From sequence record SRR20825006_3012: 49,745 nt of DNA, one strand, 5' to 3'. This document shows positions 40,030-49,052 of the stretch, in pieces (the stretch's first letter is position 1; the number at the start of each line of letters is the position of its first letter). Below the pieces are notes generated by a model. The model worked only from the letters and a program-made list of their open reading frames with translations, was not told the DNA's origin and made no database searches. The translations under genes and the position numbers were made by a program.

Positions 40030-40674
40030 TCAGGAAGGGTTCACCAGCCCCATATGAATCGCCTTAAGCGTGGCCTCGGCACGGGTGTTGACCTGCAACT
40101 TGGCATACACATTTTTCATGTAACCGGCAGCCGTATAATGAGAGATGCCCAGCTTTTCTGCCGCATTTTTTACACTCAAGCCCTTGGCAATCAGGGTCAG
40201 AATGTCTTGCTCCCGGCCGGTAAGCGTGGCTTCTTTTTCCCCAAACACCGGATGGAATTGCTCCAGTAATCGCCGCGCAATGGACGCCGACAATGGCGGG
40301 CGGCCCGCCACAATACCAGCCAGCTGCTCAGCAAATTCCGCCTCGGTATCGTCCTTGAGCAAATACCCGTCGGCCCCGGCCCGCAATGAGCCAAACAGGT
40401 GCTCGGCATCATCAAAAATAGTGGTTACCACACACAACGCTTCGGGGTTGGCTTCCTTGAAAGGGCGCACCAGTGCGACGCCATTCCCGTCCGGCAAACC
40501 CAGGTCCATAAGGGCCAGATCATAGCTGCCGGTTTCAAGGCAGGCCTGCCCCTCTGCCAGAGTAGCCGCCAGCTCAATGGCGGTTGGCGCCAACAGGGCT
40601 GCCACCTGCGTCCGCAGCCAATCAGCCACATCAGGTAAATCTTCCACAATCAATACCTGCCTGATTGCACCCAT
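40030..40674 (-). CDS. NarL/LuxR-family response regulator
   Basis: LIVED, LMDLGLPDGNG (phospho-Asp), GADGYLLK, LTGREQDIL...KLQVNTRAEA. Confidence 0.93.
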   Translation of the reverse strand: MGAIRQVLIVEDLPDVADWLRTQVAALLAPTAIELAATLAEGQACLETGSYDLALMDLGLPDGNGVALVRPFKEANPEALCVVTTIFDDAEHLFGSLRAGADGYLLKDDTEAEFAEQLAGIVAGRPPLSASIARRLLEQFHPVFGEKEATLTGREQDILTLIAKGLSVKNAAEKLGISHYTAAGYMKNVYAKLQVNTRAEATLKAIHMGLVNPS

Positions 40675-40800
40675 GCTGCTCTCCCATCCCTGCCAAGACC
40701 AAAAATGTGACTCAATCCACAAAAATAATATAATCTTCACCAGCGCTACGAAAGGCTGCCTGAAGAGGGCCAGTAGTAGGTGTTGTCGCTCCATGGATCA

Positions 40801-40817
40801 ACCCCTGAAACAGGGGT
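40801..40817. promoter_or_regulatory. CCCC-N5-CAGGGG box 2 (between divergent RR and HK)
   Basis: Perfect palindrome ACCCCTG-AAA-CAGGGGT. Confidence 0.65.
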
Positions 40818-40848
40818 GGAGCTATCTCATTGCCGATAGGGAAGATGC

Positions 40849-42954
40849 ATGTTTTCGCTTAAGATGCGCATTGTCGCCGGGCTTACCCTGGTGGCGCTCT
40901 ATGGGGTTATGGCTATCGTAATGGCCCTCAACCTGCCCGCCAGTAACACCACATTCCGTGCCGAGGGCGACAAACTCCTGGCCCAGGTCGCCGGGGTTGG
41001 CACCATTACGGTGTCGACCTTTACTAACGGCCATCAACAACAACCGGCAATCCCTGCATTGTTGCTGGAAGAGCCCGATGTACTGCCCACCTACACCGAC
41101 CTCAACGCCTTTTTCGACAGCCACTCCCGGCTTGCCAGCTGGCTTTCCGAGGGCACGCTGCGTGTTGTTGATGAGTATGGTCATGACTACCCGGTACTGG
41201 CCGAGCAACGCTCACTGACACAACTGCCCGGCCTGTTCTGGTTACAACTGATCTGCGGGCTTGCCGGGATGGTAATCTGTGTTCTCGTCTGGGTGCCGGC
41301 AAAACAGGAAGTGGCGATCTATTCGTTTGCCATCACCGGATTAAGTTATGTGCTGTTCTCTTCCGCCGCGGCGATCTACAGCACCCGCGACCTGTTTCTT
41401 CAGGGCGATTTGTTCCGGCTGCTGTCAGGGGTGAATCATTTTGGGGCGCTACTGTTTTCAGCCTCTCTCGCGGTGTTCCTGTGGCATTACCCCCGCAAGA
41501 TAAACTCTCGCTGGCTGGCAACCGGTTTTTACCTTGCGTTTATGGTCGCCATCGCCATTGACCAGATGCAATGGGCCCCCGGCCCGGTTGAGGGTTTCCA
41601 CTCCTGGGTGATGGGCATTTTTCTGCTCGGCCTGCTTGGCGCAGGTTGGCAATGGCGACACACCCGGCAACAGCCGGAATACCGCGCGGCACTACGCTGG
41701 GTGGTCACTTCCATTCTGGCCGGCACCGCTTTTTTTGCCGGCGGCATGATTTTGCCGGCCATGTTACAAGCCGCTCAACCAGCGTCCCAAGGGCTACTGT
41801 TCACCACCTTTCTGCTAATGTATCTGGGCATGGCGCTGGGGGTAGTACGCCATCGCCTTTTTGATCTGGAACCCTGGTGGTTTTCATTATGGTCATGGTT
41901 GCTTGGTGGGTTGTTTATTCTACTTACTGACCTGGTGCTGGCCATGGTGCTGAGCTTTTCCGGGCCGGTAACACTGACCTTGTCGGTGGCCCTGATTGGC
42001 TGGCTATATTTCCCGCTTCGCCAGTTTCTCTGGAAGCGCCTGTTTCTTGGCCGCCGTCAGGAACTGGAAGAATGGCTGGCGCAGGCTCTGCCGGCCCTGC
42101 TGGATGCCCAGCGCCAGACCACCCTGTCTTCTTCCGGCATAGAAGAGGCACTGCGGGCGGTTTTCCAGCCCTTGGCCATCACCGCCCAACCCCTCACCGA
42201 CAGCGCCATTACCGTTACTGGAAAAGGGCAATACCTGAACATCCCTGAAGTCGCTGCACAACGCAGCTGGCGGCTACAACACGCCCAACAGGGGGAACGC
42301 CTTTTTCAACGCCAGGATATCCGCATTGCCGGCCTGGTGTTGTCTCTGCACCAATTGGTCAACCAGGCGCAAATGGCCCATGCCAAAGGGGCAAGAGAAG
42401 AGCGGTTGCGCATTCGCCGCGATATGCATGACGATTTGGGCGCCAAGCTCCTCCAGCTGTTGCACCGCTCAACTGACACCGCCAAACCTCTGGTGCGCGA
42501 AGCCATTCAGGACCTTCGGGATTTGCTGAAAGATATGGAAGGTGATGCCCTGTCGCTGGACGCGGCGATCCTGCAGTGGCATGAAGAAACCCAGCAACGC
42601 TGTGATGATCATGGTGCAAGCCTGACATGGCAAGCCGGGGCATCCCGCATTCTGCTCAATGCCAATGAATTCAGCGAGCTGACCCGGATTCTTCGTGAAG
42701 CGGTGACTAATGCACTAAAACACGCAACAACCCGCTCTCTGGTGGTAACACTGGATTGTCAGGCCTCCACCTTCACAGTGATTGTTGAAAATGACGGGGT
42801 AAACCATGAGCGCCCCGCAGGGACCGTGCGTGGCCTTGAAATCATGGCGGGAAGAGCCCGCAAACTGGGGGGAACCTGCCAATCGATGAGCGCAGAAGGT
42901 CGCTGGCAAATGGAATTGGAGGTGCCGCTTTCAGGCACCAACGGGCAAGCGTGA
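40849..42954 (+). CDS. Multi-TM sensor histidine kinase (HisKA_3 type)
   Basis: Many TM helices; EERLRIRRDMHDDLGAKL H-box; REAVTNALKH N-box; ENDG; GLEIM..RA..LGG. Confidence 0.92.
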   Translation: MFSLKMRIVAGLTLVALYGVMAIVMALNLPASNTTFRAEGDKLLAQVAGVGTITVSTFTNGHQQQPAIPALLLEEPDVLPTYTDLNAFFDSHSRLASWLSEGTLRVVDEYGHDYPVLAEQRSLTQLPGLFWLQLICGLAGMVICVLVWVPAKQEVAIYSFAITGLSYVLFSSAAAIYSTRDLFLQGDLFRLLSGVNHFGALLFSASLAVFLWHYPRKINSRWLATGFYLAFMVAIAIDQMQWAPGPVEGFHSWVMGIFLLGLLGAGWQWRHTRQQPEYRAALRWVVTSILAGTAFFAGGMILPAMLQAAQPASQGLLFTTFLLMYLGMALGVVRHRLFDLEPWWFSLWSWLLGGLFILLTDLVLAMVLSFSGPVTLTLSVALIGWLYFPLRQFLWKRLFLGRRQELEEWLAQALPALLDAQRQTTLSSSGIEEALRAVFQPLAITAQPLTDSAITVTGKGQYLNIPEVAAQRSWRLQHAQQGERLFQRQDIRIAGLVLSLHQLVNQAQMAHAKGAREERLRIRRDMHDDLGAKLLQLLHRSTDTAKPLVREAIQDLRDLLKDMEGDALSLDAAILQWHEETQQRCDDHGASLTWQAGASRILLNANEFSELTRILREAVTNALKHATTRSLVVTLDCQASTFTVIVENDGVNHERPAGTVRGLEIMAGRARKLGGTCQSMSAEGRWQMELEVPLSGTNGQA

Positions 42955-43000
42955 GTCGATAATACAGCGGGCCGCGAGGCGGCCCACTGCTTCACTTCAG

Positions 43001-44140
43001 TTACTGACGTGCCGACGCAGCCTTCGCGGCGGCCATACCCATCAGCCCGCGGGACAGGTTCTGGCTTTCAGACTCATACGCGGCGGGGATCAGGTTCACC
43101 TGATAACGGGTGATATCTGTTGCCGTAGAGCTGGAGGTGCCCCCCATAGCACTGAGGAAACCCAGCGTTTTTGTAATGCCGGAGGTCAATTTGTCAGTCG
43201 TGGTGGTGACATCCTCAATGCTGCTATAGAAGGTGCTGGCCGTGACCAGAGCATTGCTCGTGCTAAAAACAGGCATGTGGTTGGGCTTTATCATGCACTC
43301 TTCCTTGCCAAACCGAGACCAGCATTTTTGCTCTGTCAACGGCTGAAAGCGAACATCGCCGCGTGCGGTCAGCTGAATCGTCGCATCTACACTGGCAGAG
43401 TCCTTGTTGGCAAAACCACCAAAGCTGCTGTGACCGTCGGATTCGAGCTGTGCGAAATCAATCAGGATATTCACGTTTACCCCGGTCAGCCCCAGATCTT
43501 TGATCAAACGCCCTTCATGCTGCTGAGCCGAACTGCCGCCAGCCGCCTTAAAAGCCTGCCCGAGACCGCTTGCCGTACCGATATACCGCGGGTCAGAAAT
43601 GGTTTCCCCATCACGGCCTACCACCAAGTACCGGGTACCAGCACTACCTTTGTATTCAAAGGGGCTTTCACGCCCTTCTGCATGCATTGCCTGATAGTGA
43701 GGAGTGGCTTTAATAGTGGCGTGGGGAACAACCTGAAAACCGGCATCCGCCAATTGCGCTTCAGCACTGTTGCAGGCCTGGTTGGCAATATCCTGCATCT
43801 GCGCTTCAGAAACCCCCTTGGCAGCATAGGTCACCGTTACCTTCACATCCGAACGGCGTGTGGTCCCGGTGGCACGCGCGGCATCAGAGCGAAAACCACC
43901 GCTGGTTGACGCGGATGCCCCGCTGTTTACCCCGAACATCACATTGCATGACAACACTCCCACCTTGTCTACGCCAGCCATGTACTTTTCGTTTTCGGCC
44001 TCAATAAAACGCTCGGCCTGGCTGGCAGCCGAAGCCTTGGCATCATACGCCGGCGCCTCAATGGCGCCGGTGGCGCAGCCCGCCATCAATGCGGCCAGAG
44101 TAATGACCGGTACTGCCTTGTTCCCTGTGCTGATATTCAT
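43001..44140 (-). CDS. Hypothetical lipoprotein (379 aa)
   Basis: Lipobox LMAG-C; Ser/Thr/Ala-rich; no recognisable domain. Confidence 0.78.
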   Translation of the reverse strand: MNISTGNKAVPVITLAALMAGCATGAIEAPAYDAKASAASQAERFIEAENEKYMAGVDKVGVLSCNVMFGVNSGASASTSGGFRSDAARATGTTRRSDVKVTVTYAAKGVSEAQMQDIANQACNSAEAQLADAGFQVVPHATIKATPHYQAMHAEGRESPFEYKGSAGTRYLVVGRDGETISDPRYIGTASGLGQAFKAAGGSSAQQHEGRLIKDLGLTGVNVNILIDFAQLESDGHSSFGGFANKDSASVDATIQLTARGDVRFQPLTEQKCWSRFGKEECMIKPNHMPVFSTSNALVTASTFYSSIEDVTTTTDKLTSGITKTLGFLSAMGGTSSSTATDITRYQVNLIPAAYESESQNLSRGLMGMAAAKAASARQ

Positions 44141-44421
44141 CACGTTCCCCATGCATAGTGTGCTTACGTTACCTGCGGGCTCGCCTTGCTCGGGGCACAA
44201 CCCACAGTGGAACTGCGTTTCCCTTTAGCAATCGCAATGCAAGGCGTTCGCACAATCGTTGTTTGACTGGATCATCCGATCCCAGAGAGGAGGTGATGTG
44301 TGAGGGTAAGAGCAGGTCGGCATCCTTGCCGGCCAGGTGCATGCCCAACAATCCCTTGCTGTGACCCACTTCTCTGGGACGAGAAGCCAATCACATCCTA
44401 CGGCGCAGATCGCAAGGTGTG

Positions 44422-44441
44422 ACCCCCCTGAACAGGGGGGG
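44422..44441. promoter_or_regulatory. CCCC-N5-CAGGGG box 3 (upstream of the second lipoprotein)
   Basis: ACCCCCCTGAACAGGGGGGG. Confidence 0.6.
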
Positions 44442-44463
44442 AGGGGTAGTCAGTAAGCTCGGT

Positions 44464-44907
44464 TCAGCGTGGCGAAATAATCATGCAAGTACAGGTGGCA
44501 TGGGCGTAGAGTTTGCCTTCATCGTCGACAATGCGCCCTTCCGAGATCACCAGATTACGCCCACGGTTAATCACTTTCCCTTCTGCGCGGTAAGCCTTAT
44601 CGAAGGTCAGCGGCCGGCACATCTTGATGTTCAGATCCGTGGTGCCATAGCTCTCGCCGGCGGCCAGTACCGTGTGGGTGGCGCAGCCAGTAACGGAATC
44701 GAGCACCGTGGCAGCAAAACCGCCATGCACTCCACCCAGCGGGTTGGTGTGGCGCTTGTCCGGAGTCGCGATAAAGACCACACGGCCCTCTTCCACGGTA
44801 TCCGGGTCCATGGGGATGGTGTCAGAAATGGGGGCACGGGGAATCTTGCCGGCGGCGAAGGCCTGCATGATTTCCAGGCCGGTCATGGTCGCAGGGTTCA
44901 TGGTCAT
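44464..44907 (-). CDS. PaaI-family thioesterase (start uncertain)
   Basis: HTNPLGGVHGGFAATVLDSVTGCA hotdog motif. Confidence 0.92.
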   Translation of the reverse strand: MTMNPATMTGLEIMQAFAAGKIPRAPISDTIPMDPDTVEEGRVVFIATPDKRHTNPLGGVHGGFAATVLDSVTGCATHTVLAAGESYGTTDLNIKMCRPLTFDKAYRAEGKVINRGRNLVISEGRIVDDEGKLYAHATCTCMIISPR

Positions 44908-45011
44908 TCTCTGGGGTAATGGCGTTGCCTGCATTATAGGTTCCAATTAGGAACTTACAACTTGAGCATCGCCATTTCCGACCCTGCCATAAAAGACACG
45001 CCTTGACCGCG

Positions 45012-46475
45012 CTACAGCAACGCCGCACGAACGCGGTTACGGCCGGCTTCCTTGGCAGCGTAGAGCGCCTGATCCGCCGCGCTTAGCAGTGCTTCCGGGT
45101 CCTTCGCTTCATCCGCCTCGCCGCAGGGCAAGAGCGTTGCCACTCCTACGCTCAGGCTCACCGGCGCGCTGAGCGAAGCAATGCCAGCCACGGCACGGCG
45201 ACAGCGTTCCGCCACACCCTCTGCCGCTTGCACATTGGCAGTGGGCAGCAAGGCAACGAACTCTTCGCCCCCGTAACGCGCCAGCACATCGGTATCACGG
45301 ATCACCGGGCGCAACGCCGCCGCCACGGCCTGCAGCGCCACATCCCCTTCCATGTGCCCGTAGGTATCGTTGTAGTGCTTGAAGTAATCCACATCCATGA
45401 ACACCACAGAAATTGGCTCACGGCTGCGCTCACAACGGCGGAATTCCTGACGCAGATTTTCCATCAGCACCAGCCGGTTATTCAGCCCGGTAAGCGGGTC
45501 GGTGCGGGCCATGTCAGCCAGCTCCTGATTGAGCTGCTCCAGTTCGTCCTGTTTCTGACGCAAAGCACGCTCTGCGGTGACTTGAGCGGACACATCTTCA
45601 ATCTGCGAAAGAAAATACCGGGGCGTGCCATCTGCATTACGGACAATAGACACCGCCAGCAATACCCAGACGATATGACCGTCCTGGTGAAAATACCGTT
45701 TCTTCATCCAGTAACTGTTGCGCTTGCCCGCCAACAGCGCCTGCACGTGGTTCAGGTCCTTTTCCAGGTCGTCCGGGTGGGTAATGGTCTGAAAATCACT
45801 TGCCAGCAAGGCCTGTTCGTCATAGCCCAGAATGTTGCACAGCGCCGGATTCACCCGCATCCAACCCCCTTCCGGGGACACAATGGCCATGCCAATGGCC
45901 GCATGACGGAACGCGCCCTCGAACAGGGCCATGTTCTCTTCCATCTTGTTGACGGCCAATTGCCGCTGCTGATTCAGGTGGTCCTGCTCCAGCGCCTGGC
46001 CAAGGGACTTGCCCATCAACTCCAGAAATTCCATTTCTTCGATGCCGAACGGCTCGTGGCGGGGTACCGGATCACTGAAATTGAGGGTGCCAAAAATCTC
46101 GCCCTGCACATAAAGCGGCACGGCCATGTAGGACTCCAGCTTCATCCCCACATAAACCGGGTGCGAGCGCATTTCTTCCAGCTCGCCCACATGGTGTAAC
46201 GCCACCGACCCCTGTTTGCTGACCACGGTAGAACAATAGGTATCACCCAGCGGGAAATGATCGCCAGTGCTGATTCCCCCATCGCCCGGCTGCACCGCGA
46301 GGACTTCGTAGTCTCCGTCTTTAATACGGCTGACAATACCAATGGACAGGCCCAGCAGACGACGCCCCACCTCCAGATAAGCGGCATACAATTGCGCAAA
46401 GTCACGACCAGACAGCAACGACAGGTGGTGTAACTCTCTCAGCCCGATCAGACTGAAATCTGCACGGTTTTCCAT
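45012..46475 (-). CDS. GAF-PAS-GGDEF diguanylate cyclase
   Basis: GAF (TYC...SY.AVPL..GTLNF), PAS (ITHPDD, KRYFHQDG), DVDYFKHYNDTYGH, I-site RDTD, RYGGEEF. Confidence 0.92.
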   Translation of the reverse strand: MENRADFSLIGLRELHHLSLLSGRDFAQLYAAYLEVGRRLLGLSIGIVSRIKDGDYEVLAVQPGDGGISTGDHFPLGDTYCSTVVSKQGSVALHHVGELEEMRSHPVYVGMKLESYMAVPLYVQGEIFGTLNFSDPVPRHEPFGIEEMEFLELMGKSLGQALEQDHLNQQRQLAVNKMEENMALFEGAFRHAAIGMAIVSPEGGWMRVNPALCNILGYDEQALLASDFQTITHPDDLEKDLNHVQALLAGKRNSYWMKKRYFHQDGHIVWVLLAVSIVRNADGTPRYFLSQIEDVSAQVTAERALRQKQDELEQLNQELADMARTDPLTGLNNRLVLMENLRQEFRRCERSREPISVVFMDVDYFKHYNDTYGHMEGDVALQAVAAALRPVIRDTDVLARYGGEEFVALLPTANVQAAEGVAERCRRAVAGIASLSAPVSLSVGVATLLPCGEADEAKDPEALLSAADQALYAAKEAGRNRVRAALL

Positions 46476-46610
46476 CTTTTTCCCCGGGATTAGCGCCCAA
46501 CGCGGTACGCCGTTGTTATTTCTCTTTTGTAACCAAAGCCGCTGGGCAAGTAAAAACCCTTGCAACGTTTTGCACCAGAAAAAGGCCGGTTTTTGGGTAC
46601 CACTGAAACA

Positions 46611-46637
46611 AAAAAAGGCGCCATACGGCGCCTTTTT
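46611..46637. terminator. Rho-independent terminator of the yggS-proC-yggT operon
   Basis: AAAAAAGGCGCC-ATAC-GGCGCCTTTTT. Confidence 0.88.
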
Positions 46638-46650
46638 GCTATTTGGCAGA

Positions 46651-47199
46651 TTAATGCAGTTTGAACAAAATCTGCAGGAGCTGGATGCCCAACAGCACAA
46701 TCAGCGGGCTCAAATCAAACCCGCCCATGGGCGGCAGCAGTTTGCGAATCGGTGCCATGATCGGCTCGGTCACCTGCACAATGACCCGTACCACCGGGTT
46801 ATACGGGTCCGGGGCGACCCAACTGAGAATCACCCGAATCAGCACCGCCCAGAACACATAGTTGAGGATCAGGCTGGCCAGCTCCTGCAGGCTGTAGATT
46901 ACCAACTGCCCACCGATACCGGCCGGGAAGCCACCCACCTGGATGCCGAGAATCAGCACCGCCTTGAGCATGATCAGCACCACTACCAACACCAGGGACG
47001 CCACATCCAGCCCACCGTAGCCAGGAATGATCCGGCGCAGAGGCTTGAGTAGCGGGTTGGTAGCCTTGAGCACGAACTGGGAGATCGGATTATAAAAATC
47101 CGCACGGGCCAGTTGCAGCACGAAGCGAGTCAGTACGATGAAAATGTAGGCGCTGAACGCAAAATCCAGCAGAAAAACCAGGGCACCCTGCGGGTTCAT
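46651..47199 (-). CDS. yggT: YggT-family membrane protein
   Basis: ADFYNPISQF..KATNP...PLRRIIP...GLD duplicated YGGT repeats; synteny with proC. Confidence 0.93.
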   Translation of the reverse strand: MNPQGALVFLLDFAFSAYIFIVLTRFVLQLARADFYNPISQFVLKATNPLLKPLRRIIPGYGGLDVASLVLVVVLIMLKAVLILGIQVGGFPAGIGGQLVIYSLQELASLILNYVFWAVLIRVILSWVAPDPYNPVVRVIVQVTEPIMAPIRKLLPPMGGFDLSPLIVLLGIQLLQILFKLH

Positions 47200-47291
47200 G
47201 GATCACTCCGTTGCGATGTCTTGACCGGCATTTAGCCAGAAGCTGGGACAGAGTTTGGGGCAATGGGGGCAAATTTCAAAGGGGGACGATC

Positions 47292-47392
47292 AGTTGAAAG
47301 TGAAAAGTTCAAAGTTGAAACGCGGACCAAGCTTTTCTGTTTAGCGGTCACTGCAGCCGCGCCTTTGAACTTTCAACTTTAAACTTTCAACT
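47292..47392. repeat. Heptamer-periodic inverted-repeat element (AGTTGAA family), copy 3
   Basis: AGTTGAAAGTGAAAAGTTCAAAGTTGAAACGCGG ... CCGCGCCTTTGAACTTTCAACTTTAAACTTTCAACT, 5 nt past the proC stop. Confidence 0.87.
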
Positions 47393-47397
47393 CGTTT

Positions 47398-48207
47398 TTA
47401 CCCCGCCAGCTCTTCCGAGCGCTCCCGGGCAGCAGCGACGGCCGCCTGCACCTGCTCGCGGAAACCGGCTTCTTCGAACACATTCAGCGCGGCAGCGGTG
47501 GTGCCACCGGGGCTGGTGACTTGCTGGCGCAGTACATCCGGGCCGGCTTCGCTGGTAATCGCCAACTGGGCGGCGCCCCAGGCGGTTTGCAGCACCATCT
47601 GACGGGCGGTGGCGGCATCCAGCCCCTGGGCTTTGGCCGCTTCGATCAGCGATTCCATCAGCAGGAAGAAGTAGGCCGGGCCGGAGCCAGACACCGCGGT
47701 GACCGCATCCAGTTCTTTCTCTTCGTCGAACCAGAAAGCAATGCCCACAGAGCCCAGGATCTCCCTGGCCATGGCTTTTTGTGCATCGCTCACGTCATCG
47801 GCGGCATACAAGCCAGTGGCACCGGCCTGAACCAGCGACGGCGTATTGGGCATGCAACGCACAATCGGGGTGCTACCCAGCCAGTTGCGCAGGTTGCCCA
47901 CCGTCACACCGGCAGCGATGGAGATCACCAGCGGCTGACGCTCAGCGATCAGGTCACGCAGGTCGGTACACACCTGCTCCATCATCTGCGGCTTCACCGC
48001 CAGCACCAACACATCGACCCGACCCGCCACATCACGGTTTTCGGTGCTCACATGCACCCGGTGCAGCTGGGCCACTTCGTCCAGGCGGTCTTTGGAGGGA
48101 TCGCTCATCCAGATACGGGCCGGGCGAATTCCTTTCGCCACCATGCCGCCGGCCAGGCTGGTTGCCATATTGCCGGCGCCGATAAATCCAATTAGTTGTT
48201 GTGCCAT
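47398..48207 (-). CDS. proC: Pyrroline-5-carboxylate reductase
   Basis: FIGAGNMA, LAVKPQ, RCMPNTP, SGSGPAY, VTSPGGTT. Confidence 0.97.
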   Translation of the reverse strand: MAQQLIGFIGAGNMATSLAGGMVAKGIRPARIWMSDPSKDRLDEVAQLHRVHVSTENRDVAGRVDVLVLAVKPQMMEQVCTDLRDLIAERQPLVISIAAGVTVGNLRNWLGSTPIVRCMPNTPSLVQAGATGLYAADDVSDAQKAMAREILGSVGIAFWFDEEKELDAVTAVSGSGPAYFFLLMESLIEAAKAQGLDAATARQMVLQTAWGAAQLAITSEAGPDVLRQQVTSPGGTTAAALNVFEEAGFREQVQAAVAAARERSEELAG

Positions 48208-48226
48208 AACTGCGCAGTCCTTGTTG

Positions 48227-48916
48227 TCAGGCCTTGGGCGGGCGCGGGCCGAACAGGGCGGTGCCCAGCCGGATTACGGTGGCGCCTTCTTCAATGGCCA
48301 CCGAATAGTCCGCGCTCATGCCCATGGAGAGCGTATCGAGGGCGGGCATTGTATTGCGCAATTGTGACAGTGTCATGGCGAGCTGTCGGAAGGCGGCGCG
48401 GTTGCCGTCCTCATTGTCTGCCCGGGGAATGGCCATCAGCCCCCGCAGGCGCAGGTTGGGCAGTGATTCCATCGCAGCGGCCAGCTCGGCCACACCCGCC
48501 AGGGGCACCCCACTCTTGCTGGCCTCATCATCCACATTGACCTGTATACACACATTCAACGGCGGTAGATCCGCCCCGCGCTGCTCGCCAAGACGCCGGG
48601 CCACCTTCAGCCGATCGACTGAGTGCACCCAATCAAAGTGGGCGGCGATATCACGGGTCTTGTTGGACTGGATCGGCCCGATGAAGTGCCACACCAGCCC
48701 TCGCCCCTGCAGAGCGTTGATCTTGTCCAATGCCTCCTGCAGGTAGTTTTCCCCAAAATGGCGCTGCCCCTGGTCTGCCAGTTGGGCCAGTTCGTCTGCG
48801 GTGCGGGTCTTGCTGACCGCCAGAAGCTGCACACTGTGCGGATCGCGCCCTGAGCGCGCGCAAAGTGCATTTATTTGCTCATCAATGTGCAGCAGTGGTG
48901 ATTTGACGTCAGACAT
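48227..48916 (-). CDS. yggS: PLP homeostasis protein YggS
   Basis: LLAVSKT, FGENYLQE, WHFIGPIQSNK, LSMGMSADY, RLGTALFG. Confidence 0.95.
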   Translation of the reverse strand: MSDVKSPLLHIDEQINALCARSGRDPHSVQLLAVSKTRTADELAQLADQGQRHFGENYLQEALDKINALQGRGLVWHFIGPIQSNKTRDIAAHFDWVHSVDRLKVARRLGEQRGADLPPLNVCIQVNVDDEASKSGVPLAGVAELAAAMESLPNLRLRGLMAIPRADNEDGNRAAFRQLAMTLSQLRNTMPALDTLSMGMSADYSVAIEEGATVIRLGTALFGPRPPKA

Positions 48917-49052
48917 TATTGAACGGCTCAAGAGGTCGGGTTACTTTAGGCATGCGACGATTTTCTGAGGGGCCCGCTAGCAGGCCCCCAACATAATAAC
49001 AAAGGGCTGTCCCTTGGCGGCTCTTTCCAAGCCATAACAGCAAGTATAAATC

